Origin: Trichosphaerium sp. ATCC 40318
Taxonomy: Eukaryota > Protista > Tubulinea
Direction of reading: 5' to 3'
DNA length: 64,000 nt
NCBI GenBank assembly: GCA_038496445.1
Contig: JALMLS010000342.1
Span: 124,001-188,000, forward strand
The position numbers were made by a program, and so were the translations under genes. The notes beneath the pieces are model-generated. The model was not told the origin of the DNA. It made no database searches and saw only the letters and a program-made list of their open reading frames with translations. Positions 39,939 through 52,211 of the stretch are shown in pieces (the stretch's first letter is position 1; each line of letters begins with the position of its first letter).

Positions 39939-40176
39939 AGGACATGGTACAGTATATTTATTCGCATACAACTGGTACATCAAAAGGAAATACTTCATCA
40001 GCTTCTTTGAATCCACCTGTGAGGTACTTCAATGATTCCTCAGAATCTGTTGTATCCCTTCACGTCGTTGTCAAACCCGTTAATTTCAACAACGTACAAC
40101 AGCCGCTCATTTAATGTTACAATTAGTTTATTCTTACAACTACAATACATACAGACACTTCGCTGTGAAATTTCTT

Positions 40177-41134
40177 TCAAACTTGCTCCTGCGGTTCTAC
40201 ATACAGACGACCTGGGTAAGGCACCATAGCCGCCGCTAGCGCGGCTTCTTCCTCCACAGACCCTTGTGCAATAGACGACACAAACGAATTGAGCCTCGTG
40301 CATACTCCATCTTTGTAGGCTTCCAGTAGACGTGCTTTCTTACGTGTGTGCACTAGTTCTGGCGCAATATCATCCAGTGACTGTTGTAACGTATTTACAG
40401 TAGTTGTCAGTCGTTGATTGCTTGTTGTGAGCATAGTAACGGTCTGAGATAACCTCTCAATACGTTTATTGGCTTCGTTTAATTGCCGTTGTAAGTCTTT
40501 CTGGCTGTCCTTTTCTATTTCCAATTGTTGCGTTTTTACCCTGAGCAGACGCTCTGTTGCACTCTAGTGTACCGTTAGTGGTAAAGCACGAGTAAAATTG
40601 CGAAGCAAAGGCCATAATTTGCGTTAGAAAAGAGATTTATGCCGGCCAAAGTTTTCAAATAAAAAAAAAGCCTTTGCTAGCAAAACGCTAAGAGACGAGT
40701 GTTTAGAAGGTCGCATTTCCATTGCAACATTTACTGTTAGTAGCTCATTGAAAGTACAATAGAAACCAATTATGGGTCACCAATGCGCTCTCAAATTGCT
40801 CAGTAAACCCAAGCCAATACAATTTAAACGCTAAGCACTGCGCATCCACTACTAAAGAAAAGGCGATACGTTCCACTAACGCGCATACCTCCCTCGCCGT
40901 AGCAGTGCCCAGCACATCACCGCCTTCCACGTACGCTTTGTAGGCGTAACGAGTTACTCAATGGCTGTGTACATGTAATTGTTGGCCAGAAGGCATAATT
41001 CTATCATCGTCGCGAGCATATACACGTTAACGTGCCTTGTATTGCTCGAAATTAGTTGTAAGGTCAAATTGGCTCAGGAATACATTTATATCGCGAGCTT
41101 TCGTCTGAAGCGAAGCTCTCGTTGCGTTTGCCAT
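40177..41134 (-). CDS. Orphan coiled-coil protein inside the direct-repeat-bounded cassette
   Basis: ATG at 41134 (MANATRASLQTKARD..). Terminal exon with heptads (QKDLQRQLNEANKRIERLSQTV..). AATAAA at 39957-39962 on the minus strand. Internal exons tentative. Confidence 0.5.
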
Positions 41135-41856
41135 AATGCTCAAGCGGCTTTGACGCTTGTCGTGTTTGCAGCTTTTTGAATGGTGGGTTTTGGCGCCAAA
41201 ACCGAACTTTACAAAAAATGGCCAAAACTCTCGCTAGCGCGACTGTTGCCTACAAAGCAAGCCTACGCTAAAGGTATTGATATGAGATCTTTCGGAATGA
41301 AGCAGCTTAGAATGTACTGCATAATTGCCGATCACTTTTCAATTTGTATTGTGCCTAAATCTCCCATCTCACGCTAGTAGCTAACTTTGCTCAATTATGA
41401 GAGGGCTCATATATGTATCCCATTACGAATTGTACGTTGTTTAACCCGAAACGACATGTTCTACCACTACGAAAGTACGAAAAAAACGGGATTTAATCAA
41501 GTAGCAATCATGTGATTTTACACGTGATCCTCTTTGTTTTAACAACGTCGTGACCATAACAAGGAAGTAAAAGCATGGTTATTTTGAAGTAGTTGTCCAC
41601 CATCCTGCAGCAGAAGCTAGTAGTTGTTTGACAAAAAGGTAAATCTTCAATCAACAGAAATGTGATTGAAAAACAAAACTGTAAGTCCTCGAAGAAGACA
41701 CAACGCTTGTCTTGAGATTCAAGAAATATCCCTACCATACATTAGAGCATAAAGACACTGAACGAAAGTACTTTAAACACTTTACTACTTAGCAAATTGC
41801 AAGAAGTCTATACAAAAGAAAATTAAGGCTCGACAAGCAATCGTTTCATAAAATTA

Positions 41857-43413
41857 ATGCCTAGGGACGCATATGCAAACGATTACTATTTTTCTGTAAT
41901 ACCTGCAATGAGAATCTTGTTGACTTCATGTATGAGATGTCAACTCTCGTCAACTTCGAAGATTCACAAAAAGAACACCAAACAGAACCGCAAGCGAAGG
42001 AACATGAACAAATTTCCTTTGCAAAACAAAGCGGACAGCTCTAAAACCAGTACGCTTCAAACACGTGTTCGCACCTATTGCTAACGGCGGCCTTTAGAAC
42101 CAAACAATTCAGGTTCAGGTTCCTCCTGTACGTATTGAGATACCTCGGTATGCATCTTTCTAACTTTTGTAGTTACAACAAACTCGACGACTCCCAGCGA
42201 ACCACCCCCTACAGGTTCTAGGTACGTTGGAACGAAAACTATTTTAGCACATCAAACTTGTTACATATTAATTTCGGTTTAGAATTCGTTTTCCCCAGTA
42301 TTATGCTCCAAGCTCGGAGCCCGATACAAAACGACAAATGAAAGCTATTAAGGAACAACGGGAGCTACAAGGCACGTTTAGTCTTACATCTTTCACTTGG
42401 AATTTGTTATACTAACTAACTCTAAAGTAAAAAAGGCTGCTAAAGCTACTCCTCGAAGGTACTTTTTTTTTTGATTGATTTATCTTTTGTTCACCAAAGT
42501 TGGGTTGGTACTAAATACGTTCTCCAGGTTAATTAACGGCGACATGCTACAGCGCGAGCACTTTCGTATGGCATTATTTGAGCTATGCGAGCGATTACAA
42601 GAAATTAAATTGCGCGGGCTTGGAGGCTACGAATGGAAAGGCGATGTTGCAATTCCCTCCTTCATTAGCCATTGGCGTAACTTCCTACACGACGATAATA
42701 ATATCATATTATTTCAAATCTTGGCCAATATTAATCAAAAACAAGCCGCTTACCTACAAAGCTCACTTAGGCGGCTTCATGACTGTTGGGAAGTAGCCAC
42801 CTTTAACTTTAAGAGACCTTCGCGTGTAACGTCTTATTCGTTCAACTACGCTACGTACCTTGGAGAAGGCGTAACACACGCACTACAAACCATTCAACTT
42901 TTGAATTTCTCGCCTAGCCAGAAATTAGCTCAGGGTCCTCCTCGTACGTTTCTTTTTAAAAGATTTTGATGTTTGTGTTTACTTTCTATTTTAGGTTTAC
43001 TGAACATGGCTGTTGCTGAGTGCAATGAAAAGTTGCAGCGCAAGCTCAAACTAACTTCGGCGAGTAGAATAGATAAGCTTGAAAGTCATGGCAAACGGTA
43101 TAATAGCGCAAGACAAAAGGCAGATTACTCCAAACAGCTGGAAAGAAAAGCAAGCGAAACCAATCAGCTGCTTACTGAAACATGCGAACAACAAAAGCTT
43201 AAAATCCAACAACTGGTCACTGCTAATCAGCAACAAAAAACTGACATGCAGCGCATGCATGGCGAGCTACTTGCTCTTCAAGCTCAAGCTACGGAGCTAG
43301 AACAACTGAAAGGAAATGTAGCTGTAGAAGTTGGTTGCAAACGAAAAGTTTCCAGCTACACAGAATCCGAACAGCGTACAAAGAGGCCACGTACTCAAGA
43401 ACACAAAAACTAA
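41857..43413 (+). CDS. Orphan multi-exon protein with C-terminal coiled coil and bipartite NLS-like end, inside the cassette
   Basis: Short exons joined by GT-AG introns and one GC-AG intron lead into ORFs 42475..42969 and 42973..43413 (KRK..KRPR). Start codon uncertain. Confidence 0.6.
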
Positions 43414-43736
43414 CAGGTTCTCAAACCTGTTTGATAAACCCAAAAAAATATTTCTATGTAAAACTTGTGAAACAATAAAGCATTTTGTCGTGTTGCCCTT
43501 TTCCGGATGTAACAACAAACGGTACTAACGTAGCTGCCGCTTTGACTCGGGCGGATCTGCGTTTCTTAAGTGTTCTTCCTCTGGTGAACAATTCGGGATA
43601 CTACCAATTTCGGATAAAAACCTCGGCCTGCTTTTACAATATTCCTGGCGAAGTGTGTACCACAAAGTTTTGATACCTTCATCTGTTATGTAACAATAAA
43701 TAAGTACATTCCGGGACACCCAATTATAACAATAGA

Positions 43737-43765
43737 ACAGGTTATAGTAACTTTAACAAGTTGGT
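43737..43765 (+). repeat. 29-bp direct repeat, right copy
   Basis: Exact match to 39910-39938. Confidence 0.95.
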
Positions 43766-43881
43766 GAGTTACTAGGTGGATCCAAGAAATATGACAGAAG
43801 AAGTTCTTTCTCTCTACACTAACAAGGTACGGACAGAAAATGTCAAATTATTTTGAATGATTGTTTTGTACTGACCTGATA
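43765..43881 (+). pseudogene. 117-bp captured fragment of the GH27 alpha-galactosidase gene (one exon plus flanking intron sequence)
   Basis: Reverse complement of 61404-61520 with three mismatches by eye. Encodes VDPRNMTEEVLSLYTNK followed by a GTACGG donor. Confidence 0.93.
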
Positions 43882-44080
43882 TGATATTCTTCAATGGAAG
43901 TTCAAGCTTTGTGTACCTACATGGATCTTGGAAGCAAGGATGCAAAGCGTAAATTTCGAAACAATAGAAAAAAAATGGAGATGCAACACGGTGCTCTTCG
44001 AAATTACAAATAAAATCTACTGTGTACAATCCATTTGTTTTAAAATACAAGCGATATGAAGCAATGATTGTTATGTTAGA

Positions 44081-45211
44081 AGTACAAGAACCAATAGATG
44101 GTTGTCTCATCAGATTGAGTACGCTTGTTGAATCCAAGAATTTCTTGAGTGTTCTGTCGTTATTTGAGTTTGTTGAATCTCATCCCACAGTGATCCATTG
44201 AGGCATCAAAAGAAAACAAAACTCTTGTGTTAAACGTATATACTAAACACAAGGGGCAAATAAGAAGTACAGTTGTGGCAAACGAAAAGTTGAATAAAAG
44301 TTGAGAAGAGATATTAATTGTATTCACTGAAATCATATTTTAATTTTATGTTCAACACTTGTTCATATTTCAAAACAACCAACACATATAACATCGTGGC
44401 TAACCTAAACACGAAAATACAATACAATCAAACAATGACAACTCAACAAGAACAACAAACATCAACAAGTTCAGCAGTACGCGTGACAATCCAGTTTGAC
44501 ATTGAACAAGAACAAATTTCATCAACTCTCAAAAACATTCTCAATTGTGGAGTTCAAGTTGGTCCAGTATCAATACAAAACGTACGCCTCCCTAAACCGT
44601 ATTGCGTCCTTTTAATAATTAAATATCTTACACATACTCAGGTATCGGATAAACCTTCAACTGAACAACATGACGACATAGAATCAAGCGACAGTGAAGA
44701 GAACGACAGTACCGAGTCAAGCAGCACCGACGATACAGAATCTAGCGAAAATATAAATTCTGAAGACAACGCTGGTCTTGTCAACACAATCAAAAAATGT
44801 CCTCGATTCTTGAAACGTGTTCCATCAGATCAACAAGAACAATGGATCAAAGCAATTCTACAACTTCAATCTGAAGGATACAAAAGATGGAGACCTTGTC
44901 TCAATACAATGATCAAAATTGGGTTCTCAGGAGATGTTCAACAAGTGATCAATGCGATGGAAGAACAAAAAGCATTTCGGATCAAAAAAAGACAAGAACG
45001 CCGAGAGCAGAGGGGTTCAAAACGCAATCAATGTGGTAAAAGGGGTAGGCATCAAAGGCGTGCCAACAAATTCAAAAACAAGCACGCTCAACAAAAACAA
45101 AGACAAGAATGCGTCAAGCGTACCCAAGAGTAAATACCCTCAACAAAATCTTGTAAATATGTAGAACGCAAGTTCTCCCACTATTGCTTCTAAATAAATA
45201 ATTGATCCTAA
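44081..45211 (+). repeat. Copy 2 of the ~1.1-kb duplication
   Basis: Matches the reverse complement of 59708-60858 from AGTACAAGAACC to GATCCTAA. Confidence 0.95.
44435..45133 (+). CDS. Orphan UBA-like protein, copy 2
   Basis: Nearly identical translation to copies 1 and 3, with the same intron position. Confidence 0.75.
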   Translation: MTTQQEQQTSTSSAVRVTIQFDIEQEQISSTLKNILNCGVQVGPVSIQNVRLPKPYCVLLIIKYLTHTQVSDKPSTEQHDDIESSDSEENDSTESSSTDDTESSENINSEDNAGLVNTIKKCPRFLKRVPSDQQEQWIKAILQLQSEGYKRWRPCLNTMIKIGFSGDVQQVINAMEEQKAFRIKKRQERREQRGSKRNQCGKRGRHQRRANKFKNKHAQQKQRQECVKRTQE

Positions 45212-45407
45212 GCTTGTTTAATTTACATTACATGCGTCTCAAATTACAAAACAAAAATTACGTAGTGTTTCTGCGTGAATGAAAAAAAAAGAATAAAACG
45301 AGACCAGTGTTGATGTTACACTCAGCTGTATTGTTACATGAATATATTTATAGAACTTTATCCAGCTGCCACAAAAAACGGGTAAGCGAGTCTAGCTAGT
45401 ATAAACC

Positions 45408-48400
45408 CTAGTTTAACTTTTGTCTCTTTTTTTTAAGCTCGTCGAGGAAGCTCATACCGCCGCCACCAGGTTTTGGCTTTTTCATTACAAACTTCTTTCC
45501 TGTACGCTTTACAGGTGGAGGCTTCTTTACAGGATTCTTTGCCTTTTCTTTGATTTTGTTTTCTAGAGTTTGAACAAAAGATAACTGGATACGTTGATTT
45601 GAACGGAACTTTGGCATATGATGATACAATGCACGCAATTCGCTTAGACTCACATTCAATACGTACCTGCACATACAACAATTAGTACACAGCAAAATTC
45701 TCTTTCAAAGCATCAACGTACGTTGTGAAATCTGACTCGTGCTTTCTCAAGATAGCATCCTTTTTTAACAACAATAACTGCAACTCTCCGCATTTTTCCA
45801 TCTTTGCACGGAACCTGTCTCTGCTGCTTTGTGCTTCTTGACGTAACCGACCAATAACCTCGTTGTAAGCTTTCCTAAACATTAAAAACATTAGACTTAT
45901 CTATAATAATAATTCTACTCCACGTACGCATTTAGAGGCTCATTGTCTCTCTTCCATTTTTCTATTTGTTCCTTCTTTTGTTGGATGAACTCAGGGCATC
46001 GTTCAAGATCTTTCATAGCTTTTTCGAGTTCGATATTAGCTGCAGCACGCTCCTTTTCAGGAGTATCATCCGCGAAAATAAGTTTTTGAAGTTCTTCAAC
46101 AGTCTAACCGAAAATATCAGTAAAAACAGCTTTTTTGTTTCCAAAAAAAACCCTTGTTGTACCTTTCTTAACTCATCGTAAGCGCGGATTGGACCACCTC
46201 CAAAATCACCTGCTTGCATTCTAGCTTCTATAGCATCAATCTAAAAAAATTAATAGGAGCAAAAAAATAAAAGGACTTTGGTTGTACCTTTTTGAGTTTC
46301 TTTGATATATTTTCCATGTCCATGGTTTCACTGAGAGCTTTTACTTTTTCTAGTTTTTCTGTAATTGCATTCATATCTAGACCACTAAGCAGTAGCTCTA
46401 ATCTCTTTTCTTTTTCTTGCATAATAAGCTAGATAAACATAGGTCAGTAGCTGTCATCGAAAAAATACAAACAAAAAAAGAAAAGCTATTTTGCTTTTGC
46501 GTAGTAAATCGCTCACCTCACGCTCTTCGAGTTGCTTTAGTCTTTCAGATTCTGCTTCCTTCATTTGATTCTGAAGTTGTGCCATCATTTGCATCATGCT
46601 ATCGTTCTAGTCATCACTGTGAGCACAAAGTACAAAAATAATAAAAAGTAAATATGTAATTATTAACCACGCACTGATTGTTCTTGACCTCCTCCACCAG
46701 AAAATGCTTGTGGATTTTTACGTTGTTTCTCAAGATCAGTTTCCATGCGTTGCATTTGTTGCTCCATCATGGATATTTGTTGCAAAACTTTTTGTAGTAA
46801 TAAACCATTCTGTTCATTTCCAGACCCTTGATTTCTAAAAAAACCATCAGCACAACTAACTAACAAAGGCATCAAAAAAAATCCGTACCCAAACAGTTGG
46901 TGGACACTCTGACGGGCCAAAGAAATAGATTTACGACTCTGTCTAATCAATGCTTCCCTTTAAATAGGTTAATAATTGTCCATACGAATAAATGGAATAC
47001 ACAAGTGAGCAATAAGTGATACACAAATGAGAGTGTACTAAAAAGTTATAACAAATCAAACCTTTTCTTCACTGCTGCAGCAGGTGATGGGTCATCAAAA
47101 TCACTATTATACATATATATACAGGCGTCATAGTGCGCGGATTCACCCAGGAAGAAGGACTAGCATTCGACAACGCAATTTTCATGAAACAACAAACGAA
47201 TTTCCAGTAATAAATGATTAAATTTCCTATTTTCCAAAAAAGAAGTACTTGTAAAAAAAAACCAAAACGACGCGTTGACGAAAGCTAAATCACTTCAACC
47301 TATATAGGGGTGTTGCGTACTTTTGTTTGATCGAATCTGAATAACTTTTATTTTGAATTGTAGAACCTCGTCTACCTGCAGGTCCTGAAAATGCTGAAGT
47401 TCCTCGTCTAAGAAAAAGAAAAAATTAGAACACAAATTTAATTAATGTATTATTAACTTACGATCGCGGTATCACTCCAGACGTCCTTGTATTACCAGCT
47501 ATAAAAGTATTTCAACAATGTAAAAACACAAGATGGTGTGCGCGCTATACCTTGTTGCATCACTCCAGATTGACGGTTTCCGCCTTGTTGCATTACACCA
47601 GATTTGCGACCAGCACCTCCAGCAACATAGGCTTTACTCCGTCTGTTACTATTCCTAGTTTCCATCTCGCTTTTTCTTTGTTGCCAAGCTTTTCTACACG
47701 CGCGTCAGTTAACATCATACGCTAACAACAAAGCCGTACTGTCTTTGTAATTCTTCTTGTCTCTTTGCGTCAGCCGCTTGAGCTGCTTGGGCTTGTTGTG
47801 CTTGGGCGCCTCCTAATTTTACAGAATAAGCACCTTCACGTCGTCGTCTTCCATTGCCAACTGGAGCGTCCATACCTTGTGAACAGAATGAGTACGTGTG
47901 AATTTGCATTGACAAAAGGGAAAAACGTACTGGAAACACTTCCTGAACGGTTATTCACAGTGCTTTGCCAAACGCGCACAATTTGCTTTGCGCTATATAT
48001 TGTGGTTTTAGCCTGCTGTTCTAGATTCGCATGGCCCGCACTGCTACTACCATAGGCTTCCTTGGCTCTTTGTACAAGTAATAGAATGTTGGACTTTAAC
48101 GCTTGCGCTGTACTATCAAGATTTGGCGCTCTCCAGTGTCCATTTGGCGCAAGAACGTTAGTTTGTTAAGGAAATGTTCAGTTATTCACTTGAAGGAAAG
48201 AAAGAAATTCGAAAGGATATTTTTGACACTAGGTCTTTTAATCCTTGTATGAGGGACTTGGCAGAATTTTTGAGATCATTGGGCGAACCTAGGACACAAG
48301 TTTTAGGACAAAAAAATTCCCATTAACACAAGCGTTGTACCGTGTTGTGAGGATTGCTTCACAACCTTGACAAGCTGTGCAACGCCTTCAACAATTGTCC

Positions 48401-48551
48401 TTATTCCACTCTCCAAAGCTAAACGGAAATAAGGCGGGTGATGCCGTTGTGATTTGAAACGTTAAAAAGGAGCGACAGAGCGTTTTCAAGAGCGACAGTG
48501 TCACTGATTTGTTAAGAAGAACAAAAAAGTGTTCATACCTTCTCTAGACAT
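45408..48551 (-). CDS. Probable cytoskeletal adaptor: talin/vinculin-like helical bundle, RxSGV repeats, coiled coils, Pro-rich and WH2-like C-terminus
   Basis: Spliced N-terminus MSREALESGIRTIVEGVAQLVKVVK..LKNSAKSLIQGLKDLVSK|VLAPNG..ALKSNILLLVQRAKEAY. C-terminus KKPPPVKR..GGGGMSFLDELKKKRQKLN. Continuity across 47000-47300 is inferred. Confidence 0.6.
48157..48220 (-). other. U12-type (minor spliceosome) AT-AC intron, 64 nt, phase 0
   Basis: 5' ATATCCTTT, branch site TTTCCTTAAC, 3' AC. Removal restores the reading frame (VSK|VLA). Confidence 0.92.
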
Positions 48552-49298
48552 CTCGCTTTTTACCACAGAGGGTACTGAGAAAATATGCGGTGTGTGACAA
48601 GGGCACCTGCGCGCTAGTTGTTAGTTGTTGAGGATATCAGCGGCTGATCAGTTTAAAATCGCGCATGAATGATCAATACAGCGAATACATGTTCGTAGAT
48701 TATTTAAGCCAAAAATCAAATGGCCTAACTCTTGCTTCTTTTGCTACAATGTTTATTTTCCGTGTAACGCGTACCTTGTTGCCCAGTATCTGCTTGTGTA
48801 TTTTGGCTCGAAAAGCTACACGGTTTTGAACTTCACACTTAACCCAATAAGTGAACCACGAGCAATTGTAGCGTTTCTGTAGGTGCTTGTAGTGTCCAAG
48901 GAGTGCACGAGGCAAAACGTAGGTACTTATCGTATGAGTCTAATCTGGAAAAGTGTAAATATTAGTGGATGCATGCCGCAGTACTCTTATACGCTGAGAC
49001 GCGAAGCAAGTCCGTAAAACGGAAATTCGCCGTTTGATTCTCACTTTTTGTGACTTAAAAAGCAGCAAACGCACGCTTGCGCGTTACTCAATACAAAGAA
49101 AGCTGCCAGTTCGTAACACAAAAGATATTAGTTCCGACAGGTTGCGAGTGCTACTTATCATCTACAGTACGCTATTACATCAAAACGAGAGCTATTTGTT
49201 TGTTTTCTTTTTTTTTTTTTTTGGTAAACGGCCAGCGCACAAAAGTTTTGTACAAAGTATTTACATTATTGTACACGCCATATTTTTCGCACCCATTG

Positions 49299-52211
49299 TC
49301 ACAACGTCGGCTCCTTGGGGCTTTTTACAATTTCCGCCTTCTGCTGGATAAAAATTTCGCGACTGGATTTAAAATAACTGGTGAATTGTTTCACCAAGTT
49401 TTCCTCTACCAGAGCGTCCATTGTTTCTTTTTCTTTTTTTAATTGTTCAATCTCTGCCTTCAGTTCACGCGAATTTCTATCTTGCAACTTCTTACGCAGA
49501 TCCTGCATCCGGTTTCGCAATTTTCTTATATCTTCTGCGAATTCCTTGTCAAGCTTAGCAAGCTCACTCTTGTTGCTTTCTTTAGCGCTGCTAAGATCAA
49601 CAACATCCAAAGGGAACCGTCTAAACAATTCCCTCTCGGCTTTTGTAATTTCACACGTGACAACTTCTGTAGGAGAAAAGCGACTGTAACTTTCAAGGTC
49701 ATCTATTATATTGAGTTAGTATTGAATGCCTCGAGTGTTTAGTATGTCCATACCATCGTCTTGTGCTAAGGGCGTGTCTGGGATAAGTACAGCGTGCCTT
49801 CGTTTTTTAACAGTTACGCCCATTAAAGACTCTTTAAGTTTAAAATATTGCTTCCATGAAGTGTAGAATACCAAAGGCCGTGACTCAATCTCTCCACGAC
49901 ATTGTGGGCAATTGTATGTGAGTGGGTTGGGAGAATCGTCATCATAGAGTGATAGCTCATCTATGTTGATGATGTTAAACACTGAAAAAAAAATAAAAAA
50001 ATTCAATCTCGCACCAATAGTTATTCCATCACATTCTGCAACTACCCAAGCGCCACAACTGTCACAACCAATCCAAGAGGGTGGCTCATGATCACTTTCA
50101 CTATCTCGCGATTGATCTCTGGGTTGGTCTCTATCTTTTGCATTGTATACATATCCTGATATTGGACATGCATTCTGTTGACACCATTTGCGACCACAAC
50201 TGTAATAAGTTAAATTAAATACAAGCTTATTCTTTCGTACGCAGTGCAAGCCCAGTGGTCAGATTCTGGTCCATGATACCATGTTTCGTGATTTGTAAAT
50301 AATTTCCCTTTAACTAAGTTAGCTCGATTGGATGGCGTGTAGTCATACCGCAATCAGCACATTCTGTTCCTGGTGGAGGGATAGGTGGTTTTAGTGGTTC
50401 AAATTGAGCTGTGCTTTTAATTGATGCTGAACGTCGTGGACGCGATGAAGCATTGTCTTGCAAGCGGCGTTTCTTAAGGCTTGTAGGATCTAATGAATTA
50501 CGCCTTCTTGGCTATATTCGTAGTTAATAATTGAGCGTTATATTTGAAGCTAACCTTTCTCTTTCTTTTTTGATTTATAACATACTCAGGATAGCGAGAT
50601 TCTGTTGGTGCCATAGAAAATTTTGGATTTGTCTAGATACCATTTAAAAAAAAAACTTCAAATGTGTGACGCACGTCAAGTGTTGTTCGAATTTGATTTT
50701 TTATATCCATATCTGTAATTGTGTTTCCATTTGACAAAGGCCGTCGCCTCCATTTCTAAACAGTGTTACAATTGAAGAGGAAAGAGGAGCTATGTACATC
50801 TAAAACAAAGCGATGCAAGAAATCTAGAGACGCTTGCGGCTTCACAGAAAATGCTCGCTCAATACAGCCTTAGAAATTATGTTAGTGCATGAAATTTGCT
50901 ATAAAGATTTACTCACTCGTGAGGGATTCATACGAGGCTTCTTGTGACAACATTTGCATTGGCATTAATGTAGAAGATGTTGTAACATGAACTGTTTTGA
51001 TGGGTTGTAGATTTGTGCTATGTACACGAGATTCGTGTTGAGGGAATCCTAATTGGTAATTTAGCTTATATTTTTTCTCTTCACGTGCCACTACCTAGTG
51101 TTCCCGACATTGGAGACGTCATAGTGGCGGTAATACTAGAATTTGGTTCTACGACAGAATCAATTATTGTTTGCTTGATTGGAAGGAATGTTTTACTTTT
51201 ATGAGTTACACTCATGTGTGCGCTTGAGTTGTCCCTAAAAGAATAATCAATGTGATTCATTTTAATATAGCGGAAAAACATTATGACATAATGGAAATTC
51301 TAGAATACCTATATGACGATGGTAGTCTCGTGTTCATCTAATTAATGTAAATTAACTCACAGAATTAAAAAACAAAACACTCGCTTACTTGTGTATGGTG
51401 ATGCGAATTTTGTAGCGTGTCACTAATTTTCCAATGTCCATCGTTCTTAGGATCGCGCTTTTTATGAATGAGTGATTGTTTGCGCTCAACCAAAAACAAC
51501 AACGTACAACAAATGCACATCCATGACCTTTAGCTTGATTGAACAAGTAATTTTTGAGCGATCTCTTTAATTCTGATACACCAAAGTTGTCATGTGGGTA
51601 TTTACTTGGCCATGTCTTAAGATTACCACGAGTCAGTACAAGCTAATAATTCGGGGCATAGATATTGTACAACGTCATTAAAAAGTGTACCTGATTAACT
51701 GAAGCAGCAAGAGTTTCAAAATGACATGAGCCACCATACTTTTCGAGTACAATCTTGACAACCGTTAATAACCTAGGGGACACCTTTAGCAAGATTGCTG
51801 AGATTAGATCTACTTTGCAACGTACTTGTTGGTGTCAGGGCCTCGTCGTTTTTTCCTACGCCCCATCTTGGAAGAGTCACCCTGTACGGAAGGAGTTTCC
51901 ACTACCTGGTTATTTGAATGAGTACGACGGTTCAGTTTGCGTGTGATGGTGAAGAAATGTTTTGTATAACGACACAAAACAGTACTGAGCGTTTTTGGAC
52001 GTGGTTGTTTGCAAAAATAGGTGGTTCAATCATAAGACGTACTTCTGCGACTTGTTTTTGGCTGTTGTACATTTCTTTCAATTGCATAAGCCTCTCCAAC
52101 ATGGCTTTAGGATGCTCTGTTTTACTGGTGGCCGTTAAAGAGTTCAGTTGATGACATGTTTATTTACCTGATTTGCGCCTCTGGTTTCGTTTGCGACATT
52201 GAGTGGTACAT
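49299..52211 (-). CDS. Chromatin protein: N-terminal winged-helix-like domain, GATA-like Zn finger, PHD-like finger, coiled coil
   Basis: Spliced KLLTVVKIVLEKYGGSCHFETLAASVNQ..LKRSLKNYL..DGHWKIS, ECADCG..WYHGP..CTACGRKW, and WIGCDSCGAWVVAECD..YNCPQCR. Confidence 0.7.

Noticed and set aside
39960-40303. Extra CxxC-containing ORFs downstream of the two cassette genes (also 43331..43528)
   Set aside because: Short, overlapping, not similar to each other and without a convincing start or splice path; probably 3' UTR.
38738-45211. Copies 1 and 2 as LTRs of a retrotransposon
   Set aside because: The repeats are intron-containing genes without TG..CA ends, the interior has no gag, RT or integrase motifs, and a third copy is inverted elsewhere.
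45190-45211. Helitron 3' end (CTRR) at the shared CCTAA boundary
   Set aside because: No GC-rich subterminal hairpin, no common 5' TC end and no RepHel gene.
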